In this document: positions 51,487 to 60,596 of the stretch, one piece after another | Numbering within the stretch: position 1 is the first letter of the stretch | Layout of the letters: each line of letters begins with the position of its first letter | Assembly: GCA_963668625.2 (NCBI GenBank) | Contig: CAXXKA010000010.1 | Location: 128,001-192,000, forward strand | Origin: an uncultured candidate division Zixibacteria bacterium | GTDB taxonomy: Bacteria; Zixibacteria; MSB-5A5; UBA10806; 4484-95 | Direction: 5' to 3' | DNA length: 64,000 nt | Notes under the pieces: model-generated | The model's database searches: none | The model's input: the letters and a program-made list of their open reading frames with translations, nothing else | What the model was told of the DNA's origin: nothing | Translations under genes and position numbers: made by a program

Positions 51487-52014
51487 TTACTTATGCCGCA
51501 ACCACTCCACTGCCAGCACCTCATGCCTCTTCACGAAATCATCTTTCATATCGCAGTACTTCTCGCTGTCGTTTTCGCAGTCGCGGGCGCAACGCTTTTT
51601 CAACACGGCGTATTCCGCGGCAATCTCGGGATGCGCTATCAAGTAATCGCGGAATGCTATGTGACGGATTACTCCCTCGCTGCCGGCGTTAAAAGCATGC
51701 ACGTGATGGCTTCTATCCAATCCGCCCTTGATATAAAACCGTCTACCGGCAATACCAAGCTCGCCCCGGGGGATATAGCCGATCCCGATCATGGCTTCGT
51801 CGAAATCATCAAGCGCGATGACATCCCGCACCTCCAGAAGTATATCGATAATCGGCTTGGCCGCCAGTCCCGGCACGGCTGTGCTGCCTATGTGATGGAT
51901 ATCGATCACCTGCTCACCCAGTGTATCGCGCAAAAGCTGGCTCTCGGTATCGAACATCGCCGGCCAGTCGTGATCGTAATCGACCACCTCGATTATGCGT
52001 TTCCTGTATTGCAT
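51487..52014 (-). CDS. GrpB-family nucleotidyltransferase-fold protein
   Basis: HIGSTAVPGLAAKPIIDI, FRDYL and Y..LK. Confidence 0.9.
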   Translation of the reverse strand: MQYRKRIIEVVDYDHDWPAMFDTESQLLRDTLGEQVIDIHHIGSTAVPGLAAKPIIDILLEVRDVIALDDFDEAMIGIGYIPRGELGIAGRRFYIKGGLDRSHHVHAFNAGSEGVIRHIAFRDYLIAHPEIAAEYAVLKKRCARDCENDSEKYCDMKDDFVKRHEVLAVEWLRHK

Positions 52015-52163
52015 ATTAATTGCAGAATAGCTGTATCGCGCTGGAAAGTCAATTCCAACATCATACTTATTATGTTATAGTTTTTTCTAACAATTTAAAT
52101 CGTAGAGGGGAAAAGTCGGAGTATCGATAAATACTCCAACCATCTAATTTTGACTGAGTCGAA

Positions 52164-54611
52164 TTACTTGACCAGCGACATTTTCATACTGCTGGAATAG
52201 TCACCGGCTTCGATCATATAGAAATATACTCCCGATGATACATCATCAGCGTTCCAGACAACCTGATGGCTGCCGGCTTGCTGCGGTTCATCAACGATAC
52301 GGTCAACATATCTACCCAGTATATCGTATATTTGCAATGTAACATGACAATCATCAACCAGGTCATAATAAATGACAGTAGAGTTGTTAAACGGATTAGG
52401 GTAGTTCTGTGTAAGCTGATAAGTCTCTGGCAAGCCGGGCGAGCTTTCAATATCGACGGCAGGGATTTCGAAAGCAGCCACGAAGCAATTAGGCTGATCA
52501 AACATAACATTGCCGCTGAAGGTGGAATCATAAGCGTTATACATGGGAAAATCATCAGAGGTAGTATAACCGGTAATATATGTATTACCTGAATTATCAA
52601 CATCGATATCCTTCACATATTCTCTGTAAGTACCCCCAAAATAGCTGCTGAAATCTAAATAGGAAGCATCCGGGCTAAACACTGATATGAAAATATCGTA
52701 ATTACCATTTACGTTGTCATCGTAAGCATCGACAGTGGGAAAATCTGAGGAGTTAGTATTTCCACTAATATAAGCATAACCGGATTCGTTAACGACTAAA
52801 CCATAAGCTTCATCAGCACCTGATCCGCCTAAAAAAGTGCTGTAATGCAAGGAATCGCCTCCCGGTGTCATTTTACTCAGGAAAACGTCATGACTTCCGT
52901 TGTGGCTTGAATTGTAAGCGCTGCAAATAGGAAAATCTGTAGATGTGGTATTACCGGTTATATATATATTACCGGAATTATCAATATCGATATCCCTGCC
53001 ATAGTCATTACCAGTGCCACCCAAATAAGTGCTGAAAAGTAAAGCCTGGCTATCGATGGATAACTTTGCCACGAATCCATCATAATTGTCACCATAGCTA
53101 TCATCATAGGCATTAACCATGGGAAAATCATCGGAGTCCGTATATCCCGTTATATAAGCATTGCCTGAATTATCAGCGGCTATAGCAAGGGGATAATCAT
53201 GATCAGTGCCGCCCAGGTAGGTACAATACTCTAGTGAATTACCACTCGATGAAAACCTGGCGATAAAAACGTCTCTAATACCGCTGTGGCTAAGGCTATC
53301 GCAATAGGCATTAGCGGTAGGCAAATCGGAGGATGTTGTTTGGCCCAGTAAATAAACTTTACCGGAATTGTCTATAGCATGGTAATTGTAGTTCTCATCA
53401 GCGCTTCCACCAAAGTATGTGCTATACATTAGAGAGTCGCCCGCCGGAGACATTTTAGTAATAAAGCTATCGTAAGAGCCGCTATTACTGCTGCTGTAAG
53501 CGTTGGCAGTCGGGAAATCGCTGGAGTAGGTATAACCACTCACGTAAATATTACCTGAATCATCAACACTTATCTCAGATGGGTAATCATTATTTGATCC
53601 GCCGAGGAAGGTGCTATATGTCAGTGAACCGGTGGGTGAAAATTTAGAAATAAAAGTATCAACTCCGTTCATAGAATCATCATAGGGATCAACTGTGGGG
53701 AAGTCGCTGGAGTACGCTTCACCGCATACATATATATTGCCGGAATCGTCATGACTAACCGCGCAACCACGGTCATCGCTGCTACCACTGAGATAGGTAC
53801 TGAATACGAGTTCGGGATCGATAACTAATGTTTTTGATGCATCGTAATTTTCGATTTCGAAACCGAAGACGCCCGGTTCTATAAGGCGATAGTAGCCGGA
53901 GAGTGGGCTTTTACCGTCAACGGTTTCCTGGTATATCTCCGGGATGTTCTCATACACCAGCCCGAATTTAGTTTGTGCCTGAAGCTCCCCGGTGTTGGCT
54001 ATGGCTAGTTCGCTCACACCCTCGTAGCGGATTTTAATCCGGTCGATATCGGCGCCGGGGCTGATTACGAAATCGTATTTCATGCTTTTACCGTTGCCGT
54101 AGTATTTCACATCGATACCCGGCCAGACATCTTTGTAAGTGATAGTCGAGTAGCTGGGCACATACGTTTGCCAGTTGGCGGGGTCATTGCCGTAGAAATA
54201 GTTGGTATAGTGCGGTAAACGATCCTCGGCGATCACCTCCGGATTGTGGTTGGCATCGATGAACCGCGCTTTTATAAGCTGGTATTCTTTGCGGTACTCG
54301 ACAGGAGCGGAATGATCTGCTGCTATGCGCTCGTTATAAATTACCTCATCGGTATCGCGAACGAACAGGTACGATACCTCACCGCCGCCGAAATAGAATG
54401 TTACATTACCGGCCTCGGCTTTGAAAAGCGTACCGGCATCCCATTGGCCGTAGTTTTCCGTAAACGCTACGGGTTGCGAGGATTGATCGGGTATGGATAA
54501 TTGATTGGCGTACCAGTTATCGAGTGTCAACTGCGCGTTGATACCGCCGGCTGTTAATACTATCAGGATTGATATTATTATCATATTTCTTTTCATCTGT
54601 TTCTCCTGCAA
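52164..54611 (-). CDS. Secreted SBBP beta-propeller repeat protein with FlgD/T9SS-type C-terminal domain
   Basis: F.EN.GQW, repeated YSTYLGG..D/D.SGN.Y..G.T.S.DFP, and QNYPNPFN. Confidence 0.9.
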   Translation of the reverse strand: MQEKQMKRNMIIISILIVLTAGGINAQLTLDNWYANQLSIPDQSSQPVAFTENYGQWDAGTLFKAEAGNVTFYFGGGEVSYLFVRDTDEVIYNERIAADHSAPVEYRKEYQLIKARFIDANHNPEVIAEDRLPHYTNYFYGNDPANWQTYVPSYSTITYKDVWPGIDVKYYGNGKSMKYDFVISPGADIDRIKIRYEGVSELAIANTGELQAQTKFGLVYENIPEIYQETVDGKSPLSGYYRLIEPGVFGFEIENYDASKTLVIDPELVFSTYLSGSSDDRGCAVSHDDSGNIYVCGEAYSSDFPTVDPYDDSMNGVDTFISKFSPTGSLTYSTFLGGSNNDYPSEISVDDSGNIYVSGYTYSSDFPTANAYSSSNSGSYDSFITKMSPAGDSLMYSTYFGGSADENYNYHAIDNSGKVYLLGQTTSSDLPTANAYCDSLSHSGIRDVFIARFSSSGNSLEYCTYLGGTDHDYPLAIAADNSGNAYITGYTDSDDFPMVNAYDDSYGDNYDGFVAKLSIDSQALLFSTYLGGTGNDYGRDIDIDNSGNIYITGNTTSTDFPICSAYNSSHNGSHDVFLSKMTPGGDSLHYSTFLGGSGADEAYGLVVNESGYAYISGNTNSSDFPTVDAYDDNVNGNYDIFISVFSPDASYLDFSSYFGGTYREYVKDIDVDNSGNTYITGYTTSDDFPMYNAYDSTFSGNVMFDQPNCFVAAFEIPAVDIESSPGLPETYQLTQNYPNPFNNSTVIYYDLVDDCHVTLQIYDILGRYVDRIVDEPQQAGSHQVVWNADDVSSGVYFYMIEAGDYSSSMKMSLVK

Positions 54612-54688
54612 GATTGATTTGAAAAGTTGCTGAAAATCATTTTTAGGTAATTACAAAACGATTATTTACTAATTAACCTATAATAATT

Positions 54689-54715
54689 TTATCGGCACTG
54701 ATGGTATTCAGTTAA
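54689..54715 (-). promoter_or_regulatory. sigma28 (FliA)-like promoter
   Basis: TTAACTGA-N11-GCCGATAA upstream of the SBBP gene. Confidence 0.55.
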
Positions 54716-54829
54716 CTGCAAAGCATAGTTGTGTTTCAGATGGGTGTATGCTTTTAGCTGTATCGGTTAAAGTGCTGATTCCAGAGTGGAGTGGACGGTT
54801 GAAAGCTTAATGTCGCGGCCTCGATTAGC

Positions 54830-55354
54830 TTATACATCGCTTCGCCACTCATCCTCCAGTATAGACATACTGTGCCAGCTGATATACCCCGTGGAGGTCT
54901 TGGTGGCATCCCTCATCAAGCCCTCGGTTTTGAAACCGGCTTTTCGATAGCAAGCGATTGCCGGAGCATTGTCGTCATCAACGAAAAGCTGTACCCGGTG
55001 AAGATTCAACTGATCGAAACAGATAATCAGAAACTGCCGAATACTCTCGGCGCCGATTCCCTGCCCGCGCAGATTTTTATCGCCAATAACTATCTGCCCC
55101 AGATGCGCCAGGTTGTTTTCCCGAACCATGGTGGCGTGGATTACACCGATTAGCTTGTTTTCAGGCCGATACATGATACGATACCCCAGCGACACCGGTT
55201 CGCCATTGTCATAGGAAGGCAGCAACTGCTTGAGCTGCTCGATATCAACCGGCTCGTGGAATATACGGAACACCCGAGGATCGATCCACGGTACTATTGA
55301 TGCCAGATCCTCCGGCTCAAGCTCCTCGATTCGTATTTTGCTATCTTTGATGAT
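54830..55354 (-). CDS. RimJ/RimL-type GNAT acetyltransferase (probable ATC start)
   Basis: RGQGIG, N.PAI.CY.K.GF..EG and MSIL..EW; GGAGG before in-frame ATC codons; TTGACT-N17-TACAAT promoter at 55435-55407. Confidence 0.8.
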   Translation of the reverse strand: MIKDSKIRIEELEPEDLASIVPWIDPRVFRIFHEPVDIEQLKQLLPSYDNGEPVSLGYRIMYRPENKLIGVIHATMVRENNLAHLGQIVIGDKNLRGQGIGAESIRQFLIICFDQLNLHRVQLFVDDDNAPAIACYRKAGFKTEGLMRDATKTSTGYISWHSMSILEDEWRSDV

Positions 55355-55510
55355 TGAACGCCTCCGGGTTTGTTGATGCGGCTGTTATGCGAATAGTATC
55401 ATCATTATTGTAGTTTCGATATTGGGGATAGTCAAGAGTGGTTTGAGATACCTCTGTCATTCCCGAGGAAGCGGGAATCTGTATACATGGCTGATATGAT
55501 GATTGGCGGC

Positions 55511-56830
55511 GTTATTTATTCCTCAGGATGGAAAACGAAGTGACATCCTGAGGCGGCAGCGCGTCGGCGTTAGGATGTCGTTCTTTCTGTTCTGGTGGAT
55601 AAGGAATGCGGTGGGTTGCCCCGTGGGAATGGAGAGGGGGGCCAGGGTAACTCACCAGTAGGGTGAGTAGATGGAAATGATCTCCACAATAATTAATTAC
55701 GTCCGACTCATGCTTGGAAAGTTAATATGAAATATCTGCCCCCGCTTAAACTGTGCACACCCTACTGGTGTGTTACCTGTTATTTATTCCTCAGGATGTC
55801 GTTCCTTCTATCCTGATGCATAATGAACGAGGGATAGGGATGGGGAAAGGTAACTCACCTGTAGGGTGAGTAGATATAAATGATCACCGCAGTGAATTAT
55901 TCAGTCCGACGCATGTTTGGAAAATTTTATCCCTCAGGATGGAAAACGAAGTGACATCCTGAGGCGGCAGCGCGTCGGCGTTAGGATGTCGTTCTTTCTG
56001 TTCTGGTGGATAAGGAATGCGGTGGGTTGCCCCGTGGGAATGGAGAGGGGGGCCAGGGTAACTCACCAGTAGGGTGAGTAGATGGAAATGATCTCCACAA
56101 TAATTAATTACGTCCGACTCATGCTTGGAAAGTTAATATGAAATATCTGCCCCCGCTTAAACTGTGCACACCCTACTGGTGTGTTACCTGTTATTTATTC
56201 CTCAGGATGTCGTTCCTTCTATCCTGATGCATAATGAACGAGGGATAGGGATGGGGAAAGGTAACTCACCTGTAGGGTGAGTAGATATAAATGATCACCG
56301 CAGTGAATTATTCAGTCCGACGCATGTTTGGAAAATTTTATCCCTCAGGATGGAAAACGAAGTGACATCCTGAGGCGGCAGCGCGTCGGCGTTAGGATGT
56401 TGTTCTTTCTGTTCTGGTGGATAAGGAATGCGGTGGGTTGCCCCGTGGGAATGGAGAGGGGGGCCAGGGTAACTCACCAGTAGGGTGAGTAGATAGAAAT
56501 GATCTCCACAATAATTAATTACGTCCGACTCATGCTTGGAAAGTTAATATGAAATATCTGCCCCCGCTTAAACTGTGCACACCCTACTGGTGTGTTACCT
56601 GTTATTTATTCCTCAGGATGTCGTTCCTTCTATCCTGATGCATAATGAACGAGGGATAGGGATGGGGAAAGGTAACTCACCTGTAGGGTGAGTAGATATA
56701 AATGATCACCGCAGTGAATTATTCAGTCCGACGCATGTTTGGAAAATTTTATCCCTCAGGATGGAAAACGAAGTGACATCCTGAGGCGGCAGCGCGCTGG
56801 CATCAGGATGTCGTACCTTCCATCCTGATG
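55511..56830. repeat. 411-bp composite palindromic unit, 3 full copies plus a partial fourth
   Basis: CCTCAGGATGGAAAACG starts at 55521, 55932, 56343 and 56754; copies differ by single SNPs. Confidence 0.95.
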
Positions 56831-56883
56831 TATAAAAAAGGAGATGGTACGATAAAAGCATCTTGCTAATCTATTCTGTTGGT

Positions 56884-57056
56884 GTTAGAGCTTCGGTAAT
56901 GAATTTCTAACTGGAGCGGATAGGTTATAGGCTGAACTGAATGCTTGAGGCCAGACCTCGTAAAGGAGATTAATCAGACCTGTAACCGAATTGCCACCAT
57001 AAGGCAAAGACCTTGAATAGGAGTTTGGTAGGCGCCGACAGAGAGTCTGCTCCAGT
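56884..57056 (+). ncRNA. Putative bridge/seekRNA of the IS110 element
   Basis: Closing stem ACTGGAGCGGA/TCTGCTCCAGT; two loops each capped by an AGGC..AGACCT hairpin; loop segments match both IS junctions. Confidence 0.7.
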
Positions 57057-57081
57057 GATAACCATAGAATGGAGCAAGAAG

Positions 57082-58095
57082 ATGAGGTACTTAGGAGTAG
57101 ACCTTCACACAAACAGTTTGACCGTGTGTTACCTGACAGCCGGTGGTCGGGAGAGGATCAAGGAGTATCGGCTAAAGGATCTAAAGGAATTTAAACGAGG
57201 ATTAAAAAAGACGGATTGTGTAGCGGTTGAGGCCACTGGCAACACTCGTTATTTCGTTGATGAGATATCGCATTTGGTCAAGCGAGTTGTTGTCGTCGAT
57301 CCGAACAAATTTGAGATAATCAAATCATCAGTCAGTAAGACGGATGAAAACGATGCCAGGAACTTAGCCTATTTTATGAGCAAAGACATGTTGCCGAAAG
57401 CCCGATTAAAGACGAAAGATAAAGCGCAGATCAGTTCACTTGTTGGGACACGGGACAAGCTGGTCAAGTTACGTACAGCTTTGAAGAATAAAATACACAA
57501 CATACTCAATCATCATGGTATCAAGAGTAAAAAGGAGGCCTACTCCAGCAACAAGAGTTTGGAGCGGGTTCTAAAGATGAATTTTGATGAGGTTGTTTCT
57601 GTTGAGCTTGAGGTATTGGTTGATCAGATTCGCAGTTTGAATGAGGGGATAAAAAAGCTGGACAAACAGATAGAGGATCAGGGTCGCAAGTTGAACGGGC
57701 ATAAGAACCTGACCAGCATCAAAGGAATCGGCAGCAAATCAGCTACAGTGTTGCTTTCGGTAATTGGTGATGTTGCTGATTTTTCGGACAAAGATAAATT
57801 GGCCTCATATTTTGGCGTAGTGCCGCGAGTTTCCAATTCAAACGAGATTCAGCATCATGGTCGGATTACCAAGCGTGGTTCTAAGATTGGTCGGACTACA
57901 CTGGTGCAGTGTACGCTTGTTGCCATACGATATAACCATTACTTGAGTAAATATTACAATCGTATAAAAAACCGTCGTGGCAGCGGTAAGGCTATCATTG
58001 CCACAGCCAGAAAATTACTGGGAATAATCTATGACACCTTGAAAAATAATTGGGTGTTTGAAGATTTCCCTAACTTTGTGTTAGCAAACAGATAA
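57082..58095 (+). CDS. IS110-family DEDD recombinase/transposase
   Basis: YLGVDLH, VEATG, KTDENDA, GIG, and Tnp serine motif GVVP...SNS. Confidence 0.95.
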   Translation: MRYLGVDLHTNSLTVCYLTAGGRERIKEYRLKDLKEFKRGLKKTDCVAVEATGNTRYFVDEISHLVKRVVVVDPNKFEIIKSSVSKTDENDARNLAYFMSKDMLPKARLKTKDKAQISSLVGTRDKLVKLRTALKNKIHNILNHHGIKSKKEAYSSNKSLERVLKMNFDEVVSVELEVLVDQIRSLNEGIKKLDKQIEDQGRKLNGHKNLTSIKGIGSKSATVLLSVIGDVADFSDKDKLASYFGVVPRVSNSNEIQHHGRITKRGSKIGRTTLVQCTLVAIRYNHYLSKYYNRIKNRRGSGKAIIATARKLLGIIYDTLKNNWVFEDFPNFVLANR

Positions 58096-58195
58096 CTGAA
58101 ATTTGGAGTAGACTTTTATCATAGGAGTTTTTAATGTTTGCCGTTGATATGCTATCCTACCCCCGTAGTACCGGGGATGGGGCACCGGGCAAGAA

Positions 58196-59551
58196 CTACC
58201 AAACTTCCTTAGGTAAAATATCCGCGGCGAATAGATAAAACTCATTTACCCAATTGAGTCTGATATCATCTCGTTGATTTAAGGATTCCAGTATTCTATT
58301 CGTCAAATTTTCTAGATCCGAATATTGAACTTCCCTCAGCACATATAGAGCTTCAACAATATAGAAGAAGTTTTCTGATGATTTACTATTAATTATCCCG
58401 AGTAAAGCATCTATACCTTGTTCTCTGCTACCAAGCCTTATAACTGATTTTGCAGCCCCGAGAGCAACGTATGGATTATCGCTTTTAAGGAAAGGGAATA
58501 ATTCTTTGGCATCTTCTTTGTCTCCCAATATCCCCACTATTATTAATGCCACGCGCATTTTGGGACTATTTAAACCTTCCGGATTTAGTACTGGAATACC
58601 AGGTGTATATCCATCATATAAGATACTATCTTGGTGAGCAATGTTCCTCCGCCCAAGGCAGTAATCTAGTAAAACCGGTTCCCAGTTTTTATCAGGAAGA
58701 TTTTTTACGGGGAATTGACCTGGATAGTGCATTATAGGATTGAAAAGCGATTTATTTATAGTAACAAAGTTTTTTTCGTAGCGAACAAAAGCTTGATTTG
58801 CTACCTTTTCATTGTCGTCCTGTATAAGGTATTCAAGAATCTGCTTAGTCTCTGCGTCCCTTCTATCAAGATTACCTAAAAGAGAATATCTCGATTCCCA
58901 GCGGTCGCTTTTTAAACGCTCAATGAAATATGGTATTCGTCTTGTTATGTTAAGAGATTCTAAGTATTTACGGGCAAGAAGATTATTTCCCGATTTTATT
59001 TCATTATTATTAATTCCTTCAAGCATATTTTTTAGAATGTTAATTCTTCTATCATGTTCTTTGGTACGAAACGTGATTTCATTTAGTATCAGGGTTTTTA
59101 CTCGTTCTTCAATAGTTTCATCATCTAATTCCTTATTGTAATTCCAATTTGAAAGAATTGTCTGCGCTCCGCACACGGTTAGCATACGATATTCTGTGTC
59201 TTTGTTTTTATTTGTTATTTGTTTAAGAAATATGAGGTGGGTTGATCCACATGTGTATGGATTACTGATAGCTCCTTTTAAATCGTAGAGATGTGCTTTA
59301 ATTTGTGTATTGTATAAAATGTTCCCCTTAATTGTTTGCCTAATCGTGCATTCGTGCAAAGAGAATCCTGAGATACCTCCAAAATCTGACAAATTCTGGT
59401 CTACTTGTAAAATAACAATAGCATCTGCCTGGTTAATAAGCTTAGTAAGATCAATGTAAGAAGCGTTCTCTGCTGTGCATATTTCTCTGGTCCAGCCAAG
59501 TTGGTGTAATAATAGTACTAATAGAATATATGTGATGATTCTATTTTTCAT
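58196..59551 (-). CDS. Secreted protein: conserved N-terminal domain plus HEAT-like repeats (451 aa)
   Basis: GGAGG plus ATG at 59551 (the track's N-terminal extension is repeat-derived); signal peptide; L.SDNPYV.LGAAKS. Confidence 0.75.
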   Translation of the reverse strand: MKNRIITYILLVLLLHQLGWTREICTAENASYIDLTKLINQADAIVILQVDQNLSDFGGISGFSLHECTIRQTIKGNILYNTQIKAHLYDLKGAISNPYTCGSTHLIFLKQITNKNKDTEYRMLTVCGAQTILSNWNYNKELDDETIEERVKTLILNEITFRTKEHDRRINILKNMLEGINNNEIKSGNNLLARKYLESLNITRRIPYFIERLKSDRWESRYSLLGNLDRRDAETKQILEYLIQDDNEKVANQAFVRYEKNFVTINKSLFNPIMHYPGQFPVKNLPDKNWEPVLLDYCLGRRNIAHQDSILYDGYTPGIPVLNPEGLNSPKMRVALIIVGILGDKEDAKELFPFLKSDNPYVALGAAKSVIRLGSREQGIDALLGIINSKSSENFFYIVEALYVLREVQYSDLENLTNRILESLNQRDDIRLNWVNEFYLFAADILPKEVW

Positions 59552-59607
59552 TATAATTTCCTCCCAGAATATTATACAACGATAGGTGATAAAATATTCC
59601 ACTAATT

Positions 59608-59875
59608 TTTTATCCCTTAGGATGGAAAACGAAGTGACATCCTGAGGCGGCAGCGCGTCGGCGTTAGGATGTCGTTCTTTTTGTTCTGGTGGATAAGGAA
59701 TGCGGTGGGTTGCCCCGTGGGAATGGAGAGGGGGGCCAGGGTAACTCACCAGTAGGGTGAGTAGATATAAATGATCTCCACAATAATTAATTACGTCCGA
59801 CTCATGCTTGGAAAGTTAATATGAAATATCTGCCCCCGCTTAAACTGTGCACACCCTACTGGTGTGTTACCTGTT
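59608..59875. repeat. Isolated partial copy of the 411-bp unit
   Basis: Near-identical to the first ~265 bp of the array unit; lies between two paralogous genes. Confidence 0.95.
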
Positions 59876-60464
59876 GAATGTGATCAAGTCGATTGTATTT
59901 TCTTTTAATGTTATACTCATTGGGTCCCCTCATTATGCTATTTAAGAAATTCATTAGTTTTTTATGCTTTTTGTCTTGATAGTCAATCGAACTTTGTATC
60001 AAATTTTTAATTATCTCCTCAAGTGTTTGTCCTTCAGGCATTTTTTCAAGCCCGAATGGCGATAGCAATGTTTGCGCTCCGCAAAGCGTTAGCATTCGGT
60101 AATCTGTGGATTCATCATCCTGTTCTTTTTTAACAAGAAAGACTAAATGGTTAGATAAAGTGCTATAAGGTTCAGTGAAACTGCCTTCTAAATCGTATAG
60201 CATTAATCTTACCCGTGAGTTTTTCTTTAAATCTCCTTTTAATGTTTGGTAGATGAAACATTCGTGTTCAGAATAGAAAGTGTTCCTGCTTCGGGAATCA
60301 GAAAGATTTTGTTCAATCCTGAGAATGACAATCGCATCAGCCATCTCAATAAGCTTTGGCCAGCCTATAAATTGATTAGGTTCCATTGAGCAAATAGGAT
60401 CCGCCAAATTTATTTGAGGGATAAATAAAATTATCACGCTTGCTACGATAAAAATTTTTTTCAT
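59856..60464 (-). CDS. Secreted protein, paralog of the N-terminal domain of 58196-59551
   Basis: Shared ADAIVIL..QNLSD, HEC.I.QT.KG, LYDL.G and YRMLT.CGAQT.LS; stop codon lies inside the repeat. Confidence 0.8.
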   Translation of the reverse strand: MKKIFIVASVIILFIPQINLADPICSMEPNQFIGWPKLIEMADAIVILRIEQNLSDSRSRNTFYSEHECFIYQTLKGDLKKNSRVRLMLYDLEGSFTEPYSTLSNHLVFLVKKEQDDESTDYRMLTLCGAQTLLSPFGLEKMPEGQTLEEIIKNLIQSSIDYQDKKHKKLMNFLNSIMRGPNEYNIKRKYNRLDHIQQVTHQ

Positions 60465-60536
60465 TATAGAATCCTCCTATCTGAATTATATACCGTATAT
60501 ATGTATAGATTATTCCCCCAAAATACTATTTCAACT

Positions 60537-60564
60537 AAAAAAGCCGCCCAACCCGGACGGCTTT
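60537..60564 (-). terminator. Terminator after pruA
   Basis: AAAGCCG..CGGCTTT stem with an A run on the + strand. Confidence 0.7.
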
Positions 60565-60596
60565 CATACTAGTCAATTATCTTAGCAGGTTAAACT

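Larger units (their letters stand above)
56844..58127 (+). mobile_element. IS110-family element with subterminal inverted repeats
   Basis: AGGAG at both junctions (56839-56843, 58123-58127); subterminal IRs TACGATAAAAG / CTTTTATCATA; long structured 5' non-coding end. Confidence 0.85.

Noticed and set aside
55646-55777. Canonical integron attC site (TAAC...GTTA)
   Set aside because: The arms pair almost continuously, without the unpaired spacer and extrahelical bases, and the cores deviate from RYYYAAC/GTTRRRY; retained only as a loose analogy.
55511-56830. CRISPR array
   Set aside because: Units are 411 bp and near-identical throughout, with no unique spacers and no cas genes.
57013-57081. 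N-terminal extension of the IS110 transposase in the ORF track
   Set aside because: It overlaps the structured non-coding end; the family-typical start M.YLGVDLH at 57082 has a GGAG upstream.
58123-58240. Short + strand ORF after AGGAG-N6-ATG at the IS110 right junction
   Set aside because: Only 34 codons, running through repeat-like sequence and antisense into the neighbouring gene; no protein features.
55884-59749. Repeated 'MSYPGPPLHSHG...' ORFs (55884, 56295 and the N-terminus of the 58196-59749 call)
   Set aside because: They are translations of the non-coding repeat; the real gene starts at 59551 with its own RBS and signal peptide.
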